Assembly: GCA_964036045.1 (NCBI GenBank)
Contig: OZ038378.1
Span: 34,038,001 to 34,102,000, forward strand
Length of the DNA stretch: 64,000 nucleotides
Origin: Eutreptiella sp. 'Long Island Sound 2002'
Taxonomy: Eukaryota; Protista; Euglenida
Reading direction: 5' to 3'
Made by a program: the position numbers and the translations under genes. The stretch's first letter is position 1; each line of letters begins with the position of its first letter. A model generated the notes under the pieces. That model did no database searches. It worked only from the letters and a program-made list of their open reading frames with translations, and had not been told where the DNA came from. This document shows, piece after piece, positions 1-11,699 of this stretch.

Positions 1-590
1 GGTGCGGTGGGAAGATGGCGTACAATGTGGAGACATGGGGGCGATGAAAGCTGAGGGCCAGGCTAGGCTGGAGCCTCCCAGAAATCCTGGCTATGCACAT
101 ACGGGCTATTGCGTGCTGGCAGAGGGATACGTGGAGTCAGGGGTGGTGGGCAGTTTCAAGGATGCGGACGGCAATGGATTACGTGGGGTCATGAGTGTTG
201 GGTGTCTCCACAGTGGCGGGGGTACGTGAACGATGGAGGGTCAGCTCTCGCTTCGCCGCATGCGTGCTGCTTTGTTCCTTGGTTGCTGCTTTGCGACGGA
301 CAGAGGTGCCCTTGCTTTCTGCTTGTTGCGATGCTGCTGCGCTGCTTTGCCTTGCCCCCTTACCCCCGGCGAACAAACGGGCCAGCGTCCGTCGCCGTTG
401 CTAATGCTAACGCTTTGCAGTTGCCACTGCCCCCAAAGCCTGGTTGCCCGGTATCCCCGGTCCTCTGGGTCCTCCGTCATGCTGTGGGCCACCTCAGGCA
501 GCCCTGGGACCCACGGGATCGAGCGAGGCAGGAACCACCTGTCGGCGCGAGATGCCCGGTAACTCCAGTAGACGGCATGATAAGTGGTTA

Positions 591-603
591 TGACTATGAC
601 TAT

Positions 604-655
<52 letters not shown>

Positions 656-726
656 GTGTGTGTGTGGATGTGTGTGTATGTATGTGTGTGTATATATATA
701 TATATATATATCTACATATCTACATC

Positions 727-782
<56 letters not shown>

Positions 783-820
783 TATAGATGTACATACATG
801 TATTTGTATATATATATATG
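591..820. repeat. Compound microsatellite (TA)n with (TATG)n and (TG)n segments
   Basis: Long TATATA runs at ~606-642, ~692-712 and ~730-781, interleaved with TATG/TGTG units. Confidence 0.97.
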
Positions 821-2662
821 TACATATTTCACTTGGAGGGAGTAGAAATTGAGTAGAAGGGAGTGGATATTCACTTGGAGGGAGTTGAAATTGAGGGGGA
901 GGGAGTCGATTTGCGCACAGCGCTAAACGCGTTCAAAACAGCGAAGTAAAGGGCAACGCTCGCCAATCACACATCTGTCAGTAATTAATAATAAGTGACA
1001 GAGTGACCAGAAGGTGAAATTCGAACCGCTTGCGGTAATTAGAACAACAACATAAAATTCATACCTTTCTGTCAGTTGCGGTGGTTTTTTCAGTTACGCG
1101 TGTCGCCTGTTCGTGCGCAGTCTTTCGCAGTCTGCTAGGGCCGCAGTCTGCATACCGTCACCGCTGGAATCAGGCTGCTTTTTAGGATCTGCGCACACTG
1201 TTCTGCGGCACTTCGAAGTGCTTTCCTACCACGGATAATCCCCTACCACAGTGAACTCAGTGCCGATCCAAAGTCGCCCTAAAAGCGGCGGCTACCTACC
1301 ACACAACTAGTCTCAAGTGCCGCGGTGGTATGAAGGAAAGGTGCATCGTAAGGTGGAACATTGCTCCAAATCACAAGGCATCCACAAAAACACACAAAAG
1401 TTTCAGGCCCTTTTTCATTGTTTGATCATGGATGTAGTGGCATGGGGTACACCAAAGAAAACGGTATAGGGCCCCACGGGTCCCCAACAAAGCGAGGTGT
1501 TTTTTCTTATCCTTTAAACAAGGATGCTATCAATATGGAAAGGGTGTTCTGGCTATGGTTTTTCGCAAACGAGTGAGATGAGGGTGGCAAAGGCATTGGG
1601 CATCGGAGGGAGTTGTCGTCAAATTCAATGAGGTTGGGTGTATTAGTAACAAGCAATGGCTTCTCCACATGACTTGATCTGAAAAAGAAACAAAAGGAAA
1701 AGGGGGAGAAAAAACAACACAAGAAGGTTATGGAAGAAGAAGATTAAAGAGAAGATACAAGAACTCCCAAATGGTGTTTTTTTAACTCCACAACATTAAT
1801 TTCATGTGGCATTGGGTTTGGTGGTTTTTCAAATGAAGGATATGCTTCACTTGCGAGTCGTTTCCTTGCCTTTGATGCGTTTCCTTGCTAGGAGGGACAA
1901 TTGGGACATTGCTACGGCCATTGGTAGCGAGTTTCAAAGGGTTTTGCACAAAAAGACAACATAAGCTCAAAGTGGCCCTCAATTAGAGCAGCGGCTTGGA
2001 TTAGGGCAGTTTACCTTATGCTCTATTGTATGTGCTATCCACCCTCTACGAGTAGTCATTGGTTGGGTCGTGTATAGCAAGAGCGCAGAGGAAGTCGAAG
2101 TTGTGTGTTGTTGTGAGCTTGCCGGCATGTGCCTTTGTCTACCATAAGCTGAAGCTATTCCCCAAGTGATTTGAATTCCCTTCTCAAACTTCGATGGCCT
2201 CAACCAAATCCAAAACAAGCAAACTCCAATTTAAAAGACGTAAAAATTGCGTTTCGGTTTCGGGATGGGGCGAGGTGATAGTTGGCATGGTGACTGTCAA
2301 GGCGTCAATGGCGGTTGTCGCGTGTACCTTTCTCCTTTCAAACGGTAGGTGACCGCATCCGCAACAGTGACCAAATCAAGGGTGGCATGTCCAAACACAT
2401 AATTGTCCCTCCCGGAAACTATGGGCCCCTACTGTACATCCTAGCAAGGGTGAAAGGGGTTACATCACCCTTGCCAATACCCTTTGCTTGGCTTTACGTC
2501 CGACCCACGCGCATGGCGCAGGGCATGCGAAAGCATTGTGCCATGTGCTATGTGTTTTGCGGTGTCAAAACAGACAGTGGGTCACTATGAGGGGGGAACA
2601 CAGAGGTCCTCAAACGCGTTGGAGGATTGGCATTCTAAGTTTGCCTGGTAAGGATTGGTGAC

Positions 2663-2689
2663 GGCTAACATTGCATTTGTCCTTTCAAG
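2663..2689 (+). promoter_or_regulatory. Putative branch point plus 3' splice (or trans-splice) acceptor just upstream of the claudin-like start codon
   Basis: GGCTAAC (2663-2669), then a pyrimidine-rich tract TTGCATTTGTCCTTTC and AAG ending at 2689, 11 nt before the ATG at 2701. Confidence 0.45.
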
Positions 2690-2700
2690 CTCGACACATT

Positions 2701-2856
2701 ATGTCGCACAAGGGGACCGTGGTGGTTGGGCTTGCTGGCATTTTGTTGGCCATTGCAACTGGTTTCTGCATGGCGGCAACAATAATACAGGAGTGGAGCC
2801 ATGGTTCGTATGATTGGGGACTTTGGGACAAGTGTCACACGCAACTCGGGATACAA
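2701..2856 (+). CDS. Claudin/PMP22/amastin-superfamily 4-TM protein, coding exon 1 (TM1 plus W-GLW-xx-C)
   Basis: MSHKGTVVVGLAGILLAIATGFCMAATIIQEWSHGSYDWGLWDKCHTQLGIQ; ends CAA|GTATGG (phase 0 donor at 2857). Confidence 0.8.
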
Positions 2857-3744
2857 GTATGGTAGTTATGCTTGTCGGCACTTGCAATAAATTCGATGCA
2901 AAAATTTCCGTCGTTGCAACAATGATCTACTCACTTCCCAACATCTCGAATTCCCCTACTAGAATTGCGAGCGTGCAAGTATGGTGGTGTTGGGGGGGCT
3001 CGGGCGCGCAATTGGCACAACCCTGAAACCCGGATGTGTGGTCAATCACACGTTTAAGCTTCGTTTGGATTTTGGTGAAGGTCGTTCGTGAGCACACGTT
3101 CCGACCAACGTTCCAACATTACTTCACATCGTCAGTTCAAGGCCAAGGAACCACCTCCTATCTGTGGGCGCCCCATCCTCGGATTAAACTTTGCGATGTT
3201 TGTGACAGTATGATGTATCCTATGGCCTCAAGCATCTTTTGCTTTGCTCGTGTGCCACTGAAGAGGACGCTGGGTTTGCAAACAAACAAGACAGGAGTAG
3301 AAACTACGGTAGAGAATGGTTGCTACAAGGGATGGCTTCAACCATGCAAAGCCAAAATGTTGCGGACCGAATAATGCCACTATGGTGGAGATAACATTCT
3401 TACCCTTGTGCATTTAGGCAAATCTTTTCACACCCTTGTGCCGCAAGGTGCTTGGTCAATTTTCTATGCAATATTTTCCCGAGTTGTAGGCACAACGCGA
3501 CTCTCAATTTCAATTCGTTGGCCATGCTTTTTGCGCACTTTGAAAAGCATGAAGCGCTATCTTGTCGCACTATGAAAAACAACCCTAGCATTTGTAGGCA
3601 TTGGGTGTTTCAACACACCATCCACGGCATCTTTTTTTTGTGAGCTCGTCGCACATGCCGTGTGCTCGTATAATTTTGGCGTGCCTTTTTGTCCAATACC
3701 CCAAGGCACGTGTTACGCACTACCATCATCGTGTTCTTTTTTAG

Positions 3745-3895
3745 ATGTGCCAACCCGTTTCACCGTCGACCATGCCCTGCCCGGAGTTGTTCATGGCAAC
3801 TCAAGCATTCTCTCTTACCGGTGTTGCCTTTGGTGGACTGGGTGCTATTTTGATTGTGGTTTATTGTACGAAGGGCCACGAACACGTGTCTCGAG
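3745..3895 (+). CDS. Claudin-like protein, coding exon 2 (second ECL1 Cys plus TM2)
   Basis: Acceptor TTCTTTTTTAG|3745, phase 0. MCQPVSPSTMPCPELFMATQAFSLTGVAFGGLGAILIVVYCTKGHEHVSR-G|GTGTGT, phase 1. Joining to exon 1 gives GLW-DK-C-x8-C, the claudin-superfamily signature. Confidence 0.8.
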
Positions 3896-3996
3896 GTGTG
3901 TGATGAATGCATGATCAAGCTCTCAAACAATGAGTTGTTGCAGTCTGTAGGTTGTAAGATGAGGTAAAGTTTTAGCTTTTGAGAGGGGCATTTTGA

Positions 3997-4812
3997 TTGT
4001 CAATGGGCACCGAGCAAAGTACGTGTAGCCCAGCTGGTTCGCCTTCGGGCTTCCGAAAACACGTCAACAGCCACGGTAGACGTACTAACCTTTTGCACGG
4101 GGTTTTGTGCGCGTTTATGCATGGAGATCAGGATCGCCCACGCGTTCTCCATCCCACCGCAAAGAAAAGTTTTCTTGCCCATTTTCTTCGGATGAAATTT
4201 CCGCTTGCGTGAATGAATGTGAAGTACAAAACTTGCCGGACTGGCGCTTCACTTCAACCCCGCTAAAATTTACGTGTCCCCTACGAAATGAATTGGCAAT
4301 TAAGATGAGCGGGCACCTTGCTCGTTCATCACCTCAACCTAAGCGTACAACTTGGTGCACCTTCTTTTGCAAAGCAAGTGTCGTTTGGGCTTTTTGATTT
4401 GGAGGCGCGTCATCAAAGGGCTTGCAATGCATGGTGCTACACGAACACGCACAACGAGATTTGCGAGTTTTTTGGAGCCTTGGGGTTGCAAGATTCCTTT
4501 ATGCCACACCTCTTGGCAAACTACGAACGTGCGAAACACACCATGGGCAACACCAGCGCACTCTCCACCAAAGGCCTGAGTTGGATCATGCGCACTGAGG
4601 GTAGGCCAAGCACAATTGCTTTACACAAAGAAGACCGAGGGAACCCGTGGGTCAAGCATCACCAATGTGCGCATGACGTGTTTGCATACATCGACCAACA
4701 CCTTAGGTTGAGGCTTTGTTTTATGGTGGAAGCAAATTTTAAATTTGTGCCATGCCAAAGTCAACTCCCGGACCCAATTGTCAACAGACGATGCGGGTGC
4801 TCATGTTCGTGA
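3997..4812 (+). pseudogene. Decayed reading frame of unknown function inside intron 2 of the claudin-like gene
   Basis: ORFs 3997-4212 and 4318-4812 share frame 1 and are separated by in-frame stops; the 164-aa part has protein-like complexity. No motif recognised. Confidence 0.25.
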
Positions 4813-5765
4813 ACTGGCCCTGGCATGCCTTGCCATGCCCACACACTCCTGTCCGTGGGCTTTCTCGACACCCACTTGCACGGTACATTGAACCTGAGAG
4901 GTATAAGCATTTCAACGCACGTACCTAGAATCGATGTACCCTCCCCCTATCGCCCGTCAATAACAAGAATGTCGTCGCGGTCTACCCCCCCCCCCCCGAC
5001 AACAGTACCGGGCCTTTGGGGAGCCATAAGCAACACGGTTCAGACGTAGAGACATGCACCTGGTGGGGGTCCACATGGACGAGCCCACATTCCACCACAA
5101 AAACAAGATACTTGGGCATTGACAAAGGGACTCATGGAGCACACACCCTTAACCCACAAGTGACACGTTGAACCCCCCCCCCTATCTATCTGACACGGCT
5201 AAATTTCCCAAGAGCAAAAGTTAACCGGTACTCTGGGGGGGGGGGGTTAAGTCTTTTCCCAAACAATCGTAAGAGCAAAGAAGGCCTTCCTTGCTTTGGT
5301 CCCGTGGCCACCGCTGTTTCTTGATGATCCCACTGGCCTGTTCCCACTCTTGGGGGTTAGGGTTACGAAGTGGAAGTCAAAAAGGAAGTGGTAGCACAGC
5401 TGCAATGGCAGTAGTGAGACGGTTGTTCTTTTCTTGGAACTACGTTCCACGGTCTTTCTGGTGGGTGTGCAGCAGCGAAGTCAACGATGGGGGGGGGGGG
5501 GGGTTGGTGACTCAGCAGCCAAACAGTCAAACAAGGGAAGTCAGCCAAGAGTTCACCTACACCTTTGCAAAGCTCAGTTTGTTGGGGTTCCCCCCCCATT
5601 GGTCAGCAGATGATGAACCTTCACACAGACATCTAGATGCTATGATGCAGCACCATGTTGGGGCAGCAGCTGCCATGCAGAAAAAAAAAACAGTGAGACA
5701 GAAGGGGTCATCTGCCTGTACCAACCAGTGGTCGAAACCCCATCCCGAGTGCCTCTCCGTCTCAG

Positions 5766-5953
5766 GGCTGCAGGGTTTAACTGCCAGCTGCACAGTTCTG
5801 GCTTTCGTGTTCATGGGCCTCTGTTGGGGCGTGTGGTTCTGGAGGGGCGAGAGCACCAGCTGCAAAGCCAGCAACGACTACGGCACCTGCTTCTGGTTGC
5901 AAATTGCTGGCAGTTCGGTCTGCACCACTGCGTTGTTGATGGTGGTGCATGGC
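5766..5953 (+). CDS. Claudin-like protein, coding exon 3 (TM3, ECL2, YGxxF-TM4); 3' end uncertain (5953 or 5965)
   Basis: Acceptor CCGTCTCAG|5766 in phase 1 matches exon 2 (G+GG=Gly). LQGLTASCTVLAFVFMGLCWGVWFWRGESTSCKASNDYGTCFWLQIAGSSVCTTALLMVVHG; phase 0 donors GTGCGT (5954) or GTGTGC (5966). Confidence 0.78.
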
Positions 5954-7419
5954 GTGCGTTGCAAGGTGTGCCCGTCTGCCCCCGACCCCAGGTCCCGCTT
6001 AGCACTTAGCGGGGCCTGGGGGCAACGAATTGTGGGCGGCGAAGGAGGTTGGGTGTTGTGACTCCTGTTCATCCGAAAGACCCAGTTGATAGCGTGTTTG
6101 TGCGCAGTCGTAGCATGGTGTGCATGCGTTGTCTCCCAAAACAGGCATGGCTGCATGCAGCATTTGTTGGCCACGAGTCTCCCCAGGACATCTCGAAAGG
6201 AACCCCCCCCCCCCACTGCACCCACATTTCCACCCACTTCCCACCCTCCCCATTCAGTGCACGACGAAAAATCCGACGACACGTCGTACCGAACGTCGCG
6301 TATGTGCGATTCGCCTCTCCTCAGTCGCTCTTCCATGCGTTTTTTTCAAGTTTTGTGCCGCATTTTCTCTGCGCATGGTGCACACTGGAGATGCTCCTTT
6401 ATATTTCACTGAGGGAGGGTTGCCCAGCCTCACCAGTTGTCGCCTGACATCCGGTCCCGTGACGGGAAGGGGTCTTCCGTTCTGGGAACATGGGATCAGT
6501 GCATTTTGCCCGAAGATACCCTGTATGCACACTGCAGGGGGCTGCATGTGGTGTGCCCATGGGGAAGACTGACAATGTGGCAAGGAGGGGCCGCAGATGC
6601 ATGTGACAGTTATGAGGCCAGAGCAGGTGTGTGGGTAGCACACCAAACAACAGCCAAAGTCCCCCATCGATGAAAAGTTTTCAGTCACTTTGCATTCCAC
6701 CTCAACCAGTGGGGGAACCATAATGCCCAGCTACACAAGTAGAGCTGTGTCGTGCAACAGCCTGAGCACTGAACACGGGTGTGACACCGAGCAAGACGGA
6801 ATTGGTCACCATGCCCAATCCCACGCAATTCGAATTGATATTCGAACAGATCATCCCCAAAGCAGGTTAGGGGGCCGAGGCCACTGATTACCGATTGGCA
6901 GGGAAGCGGAGCGGGATGCCCCCGCCAAGTACATTTCTAGCTAATGATCACCAGCCATCTTGGGCAGGAAAAGGCACAACCACAACCATATCCCATGACC
7001 ACACTACCACACTACCACAACCACAGCCATAACCACAGCCCGAAAGATTCACAACCAGAGTTACAACCACAATCGCAGTCACAGCCACTACCATGTCGAA
7101 CAAGAATCTCTACCATCGACAAAAACTCGACCACAATTCACCATATGTGAAACCCCCACACACAGATAGCTCTTGTTGCTTGTGTCCATTGAAATGAGCA
7201 AGCAAATGTGCTGTGCTGTCATCTGCAGACACTTCAGAGCACAGCCACACAATTTTGAAGAGAGTGCGTGCCCTACGGGACGGCGGTCATCACCTTTAAT
7301 TCCCCATTGCTTCCCGGCAACGCAGATTAGCTCATTTCTGTGCTTGCGGTGTTTGTGGTAAAAAAAATCTCGACTTTTTTCGTGGGCTGGAAGGGCACTG
7401 AAGTGGTGACCGGACCCAC

Positions 7420-7840
7420 TTAACCCCTCCCCCCCTCCAAACTTACCAAACCTACGCTCATAAGCAGCAGCAGTGCGCATGCGGGGATGACAACAACAAT
7501 GTGGGTTGTTGGGTGCTTGGAAGGTTCATCGAGGCACCCCCCCCCCAAGTTGATCAAGTGGGCAAAAATGTAATCACCTCGAAGGGAGGTTGTTAGAATG
7601 ACTCCAGGCGCAAGGGCCATATGCCCCCCATTTGGGGGCCATTCACGTAGCATACCCCAATGGGTGGTCTCCAGAGGCAAGGGGGGACATTCCCGGATGC
7701 GTAGAACGTGCTTAAACGCGCAGCACGTCGTTGTGCACACGGGAGCACGGTGAGGAGGGGCGGCGTCCTCACAGTTGGGTATGGAGCCTGCGCGGTTGTC
7801 CCCTAGGGTTCGCATTGGTCCCATGGGTATGGGGTGCCGC
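7420..7840 (-). mobile_element. Right-end fragment of a piggyBac-like element (TTAA-CCCC terminus)
   Basis: TTAA at 7420-7423 followed by CCCCTCCCCCCCTCC. The reverse complement of ~7700-7835 matches the 3' UTR of the piggyBac transposase at ~47830-47960; both translate as IPNCEDA. Confidence 0.65.
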
Positions 7841-8003
7841 CAGGGAAGGGTGGGCTAGGAACCCCCCCCCATAATGAGGTGTTATCGTATGGCTAAAGTA
7901 CCGGACCACAATTATGGGGGGTGTTTATGGTGTCAAAATAAGTGTATAGGAACTATCACGGGCTCGGGGGGGGGGGGGGCCAAGGGGACCAACTTTTTTT
8001 TGG

Positions 8004-8160
8004 GCAGGAACCCCCCTAGGAACCCCTTCCTAGACCTTCCTAGACCTTTCCTAGACCCCTTCCTTGTAGGAACCCCCTTTCCTAGACCGTTCCCGGACCC
8101 CTACCTGCCCAAGAACCCCCCCCTTCCTACCCAGGAACCCCCCTTCCTATGACCCTTCCT
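8004..8160 (+). repeat. Module M1: tandem palindromic AGGAA-Cn-TTCCT motifs upstream of the dioxygenase ORF
   Basis: Repeated aggaaccccttcct, aggaacccccttttcct-like and caggaacccccc-ttcct motifs, ending ~30 nt before the ATG at 8189. Confidence 0.85.
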
Positions 8161-8188
8161 GTGCATGTAAGGTGCCCCTCCTAGCACC

Positions 8189-9708
8189 ATGTCCGACCGT
8201 CCTTTCGCCATTGGTTAGGTCAAGGCTCTCGCAGACCCCACCGGCACACATGGGTGCTCCCTTCCCGACGGCCAGGCCTTTCACGACACCGCCGCTACCG
8301 CTATGACTTGGCCAGCCGGTACCACCATTGGCCGGGTGCGCATCACCAAGTCCATCCTCCACGACCGGGACCCCTGCGTGGTGTCCGACTCCATCGCGAA
8401 GACGGTGCGCCGCAACCCCACCATCACCGCCTTCCACCTGCGGCCCAACCTCGGGGACTATGGGTCCCTTGTCGAGTTGCTGGCCACCCGCATGCCCAAC
8501 GACCGCGCCCGCATCCACAGCCACTACATGGCTGCCCATCCGGTGGATGCCGATCCCCCACCAGCCTCCGCTTCGCCTCCACCAAGCCCAAGCCCGCCAC
8601 CTTCAGCAAGGAGGCCTCGCACAAGGACGCGGCCAAGAGGAAGTTGTTCCTCTTCGATCCCCGGCAATCCAGGGAGGAGACCCTCCTCATCTACTCTCTT
8701 CCCTCACGATCCCCATGGGAGTGGGATGGGGACGGGCCCGGGTTGACGGTTCCCAGCGCGTACGCCGCCCAGGGCCTGCTCGCCCTGCCGGTGATCGCCA
8801 CACCTCCGTTCGTCGCCCACGATGATCCAGTTCTGCAAGTTGCAGCAGAATGCCCCATCAAAACCGATTGTACCCAGCTCCCTACAGCACAGCACGTCTT
8901 GCGGCGCAATTTCTAGACACCGCAAGAAGTGGAGGACGCCCACAAAGAGGCTTTGGGTATTCCGGAAGATCGCTGGGCCCGCATCTTCAACCACAACAGC
9001 CCCGTTGCTGGCCGAACTAAGGACCCACTGGACCTGGACCGCAAGATCGTGTGGGGGAAGCCGCAGGACATGTCGCGGCATCCGGGGGGTGAGGATCACA
9101 TCTGGCTGTGGACTTTGCCGTGCTTGACCCTCATGGTGAACCGCGTGAAGGCGACGCTTGAAGGAATCATTGTGAAGAGCCTGTACGTGATGACACAGGG
9201 GTACATCGACAGCATCACTCAGGTACGTCAACTTCCTCATCGTGACTTTCCTACAGGCTCACTGCCGGCCAATGGCGTCGCGCTCTCCGTCTTTTGGGCC
9301 GTCTCGATGGACATCCCGGAGGATGGCGTATGTGCCCAGTTCGTTGCCATGTCCGCCCGCGCCTCCCCTAAGCCTTGGATTGTCCACCGCATGCCAATGA
9401 AGAGGGTTTCTCTGTGGGTCATCTTCCCCACGCTGATCCATGAAGGAGGAGGTGTGCCGTTGAATGCCGAGCCGGGGTCGCACCGTATCATTGGGATTTG
9501 CGGGCTGTCCACACAGACCGTGTCCTACACCACCACCCACCACATCACACCTCCATTCTGGGCATTCAAGACCAAGGTGACTTGTGGAGTCGCTGGATGC
9601 CGCCGGAAGCCCACTGCTGAGAAGTGTTTTGGTTGTGGTGTACAAGCCCTTTGCCGAGAACAAAGTGGTTTGGAGTGCAGCAAGTGCAACGACGAGGATG
9701 CAACATAA
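8189..9708 (+). pseudogene. PhyH-like 2OG-Fe(II) dioxygenase with C-terminal Cys-rich Zn-finger; disrupted by two TAG stops and one frameshift
   Basis: ATG 8189 (frame 2), TAG near 8216, shift to frame 1 near 8570, TAG at 8914. RQLPHRD (HxD, ~9238), LSVFWAVSMD, VIFPTLIHEGGG (distal His, ~9439), SHRII (Arg, ~9484). C-terminal CGVAGC..CFGC..LC..CSKC. Confidence 0.7.
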
Positions 9709-10359
9709 GATCCGGGCGAGGTTGCAGCAGGCGATGGGAATTCAGTGCCTCCGCTACAACACATGGTGACTTGCTTGATTCGGGCCCCTTGGACAACCAT
9801 GGGGGGGGTCCTGTACAAAAAGGGTAGTTCCTGCACTGCATATCCCTCACATTCCAACACCATAACAGGGCATGAGCACCATCCTACTGTTGCCACACCT
9901 GCCTCCGACACTTGCCTGCTCCCAGGCCGTACTCAAAACGCAGTTGCCCCTCTAGTTGACCGCCTCCAAACCCAGGGCAAGGGTCGGACTACCTGCTGGC
10001 ATGCGCACCAAAAAGCTTGCTTCTGTTCCACCTTGGTGTTACGCACGATTGCTCCGGCTGCGAGCAAAAGCTCGGGTCGACGGGTTGCGGATCTGGTGGG
10101 CCCCTGTCCAGCCTGTACATCAAAACATTGCTGCTGTCCTCTGTACCCACGCCATATCCACCTAAGCGCCCATTCACAATGACCAACAATGAACCCGGGG
10201 GTGTCACCAGCAAACAGTGGTGGTCCGGTCTTGGCCATGGCAACCACTCACTCTCATGTACGTGCCCCGCCAGTGGGCAGTCCTCCGACCTCGGGGTTAT
10301 GTCCGGGCCGATGACTTGCAGTGCTGCTGCTGCTTTATAACGGCTCGTGTACAGGCTTG

Positions 10360-10550
10360 TGCCCCCTCCCTGCCCAGGAAGTATCACAGGAAACCCCTCT
10401 TGGACCCCCTTTCTGTATAGGAACCCCCCCCCCTTCCTGCCCAGGAAGTATCCCAGGAACCCCTTCCTAGACCTCTTCCTCCACAGGAACCCCCAACCCT
10501 TCCTGCCCAGGATCCCCCTTCCTGTACCCCTTCTTGGACCACTTGCTGGA
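10360..10550 (+). repeat. Module M2: AGGAA-Cn-TTCCT / CAGGAAGTAT motif cluster
   Basis: Same motif family and orientation as M1; closely matches the reverse complement of M3. Confidence 0.85.
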
Positions 10551-11690
10551 CCACTTCCGCAGGCAGACGTGGATGTGTACACGGTTGGTCCTGAAGGCGG
10601 CCGACGATGAGGAGATGGCAAAACCGTTGCCGCTGGCACCATCAGAGGCTTCACAAGTGATTGATGGACGGCGGCTGGGGTTGGAGGATCTACCGACATG
10701 GCCTGCAACTGCAACACTCACCATCAACGACATGCAGAGTCCCGTGGCCAAGCATGGGGGTATTTTCTGCTACCCTGACTGCGCTCTGAGCGTGTGACGG
10801 GGGAAGTCGGTTGTCCCTCTACAACTCTGTTTGCCAATGGCTTCCACCGACAGTATGGCGGCTCTTCTGAAGGGGCATGCGGGACACGGGAAGCAGTATG
10901 TGGTCGCCGGCTAGTTGCGCCTTATTGCCCATGCCAAGGCAAGCAACACGTGGTCCTTCTTGGTGTACAGCGAGAGCACCACCTTCAAGACCGTGAAGAC
11001 TGTGGCAAGGATTACAAGATTGGATGCTGGCGTCCCCTTGGAGGTCCACAGTGAAGTTGACGGATGATTGGACAAGTGTCGCAGGCGGCAAGAACAAGGC
11101 CGGTTGGGTGGGCGATCTCATGTGAAGAAGGAGCTTGGCACCCTTGGCACCCAACCGTCCGCCCCACCCACCCAATTGACCCAACCATAGGAGCGCATCT
11201 CTGCAGAGCGCGCCCCAACACAAAAACACACAACAACACCACCAGCAGAGTACCCCAGCAAGCGTCGTTTGCCGGACAACCCCATTCGTGGTTCTCGTGA
11301 TGCGGCTGATGCAACTGCCTTGGTTTCGCAACTCGAACCTGAGCTGCAGGATGCCCTGCGGGCAGCAATGAGAGACATTGTACCGGACGTCGTCAAGAAG
11401 GCCATAGCCTCCTGCAGCAAGACACGGGCAGAGCGGGCCGTGGACCAGGCGAACAAGAGGGAGCGCTAAGTAACGGAGCTTGTCCTGCGGCATGAGGCAA
11501 CTATCAGTGGACTGCGAGCACAAGTGGGTGAATTGCGGGAGCAGTTGAAGGGTGCAGAGGCAGAAGGCAAGCAAGCCGTTGCGGACAAGGTGTGGGCAGA
11601 GGCTCTCTCGCAAGAGAAGGCCGCAGAGTGTGACCGGGCGTTGACCATCCTCAACAGGACCAATGGCCAGGGCAGTAGCCCCGCCAAGTA
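10534..11690 (+). pseudogene. Decayed ORF with C-terminal coiled-coil, unknown function
   Basis: ORFs 10534-10797 and 11269-11469 and the following VTELVLRHEATISGLRAQVGELREQLKGAEAEGKQAVADKVWAEAL segment all lie in frame 1 with scattered in-frame stops. Confidence 0.55.
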
Positions 11691-11699
11691 AGCACCATG

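Noticed and set aside
109-874. ORFs with YIYIYI/IYIY runs (247 aa and others)
   Set aside because: Translation artefacts of the (TA)n microsatellite.
2866-3026. GTCNKFDAKISVV segment as a frameshifted continuation of the claudin-like exon 1
   Set aside because: Splicing 2856 to 3745 gives the exact C-x8-C signature with canonical sites, so this segment is intronic.
5149-5250. TTAA-CCC...GGG-TTAA as a mini piggyBac
   Set aside because: No inverted identity beyond the C/G runs, which are ubiquitous in this sequence.
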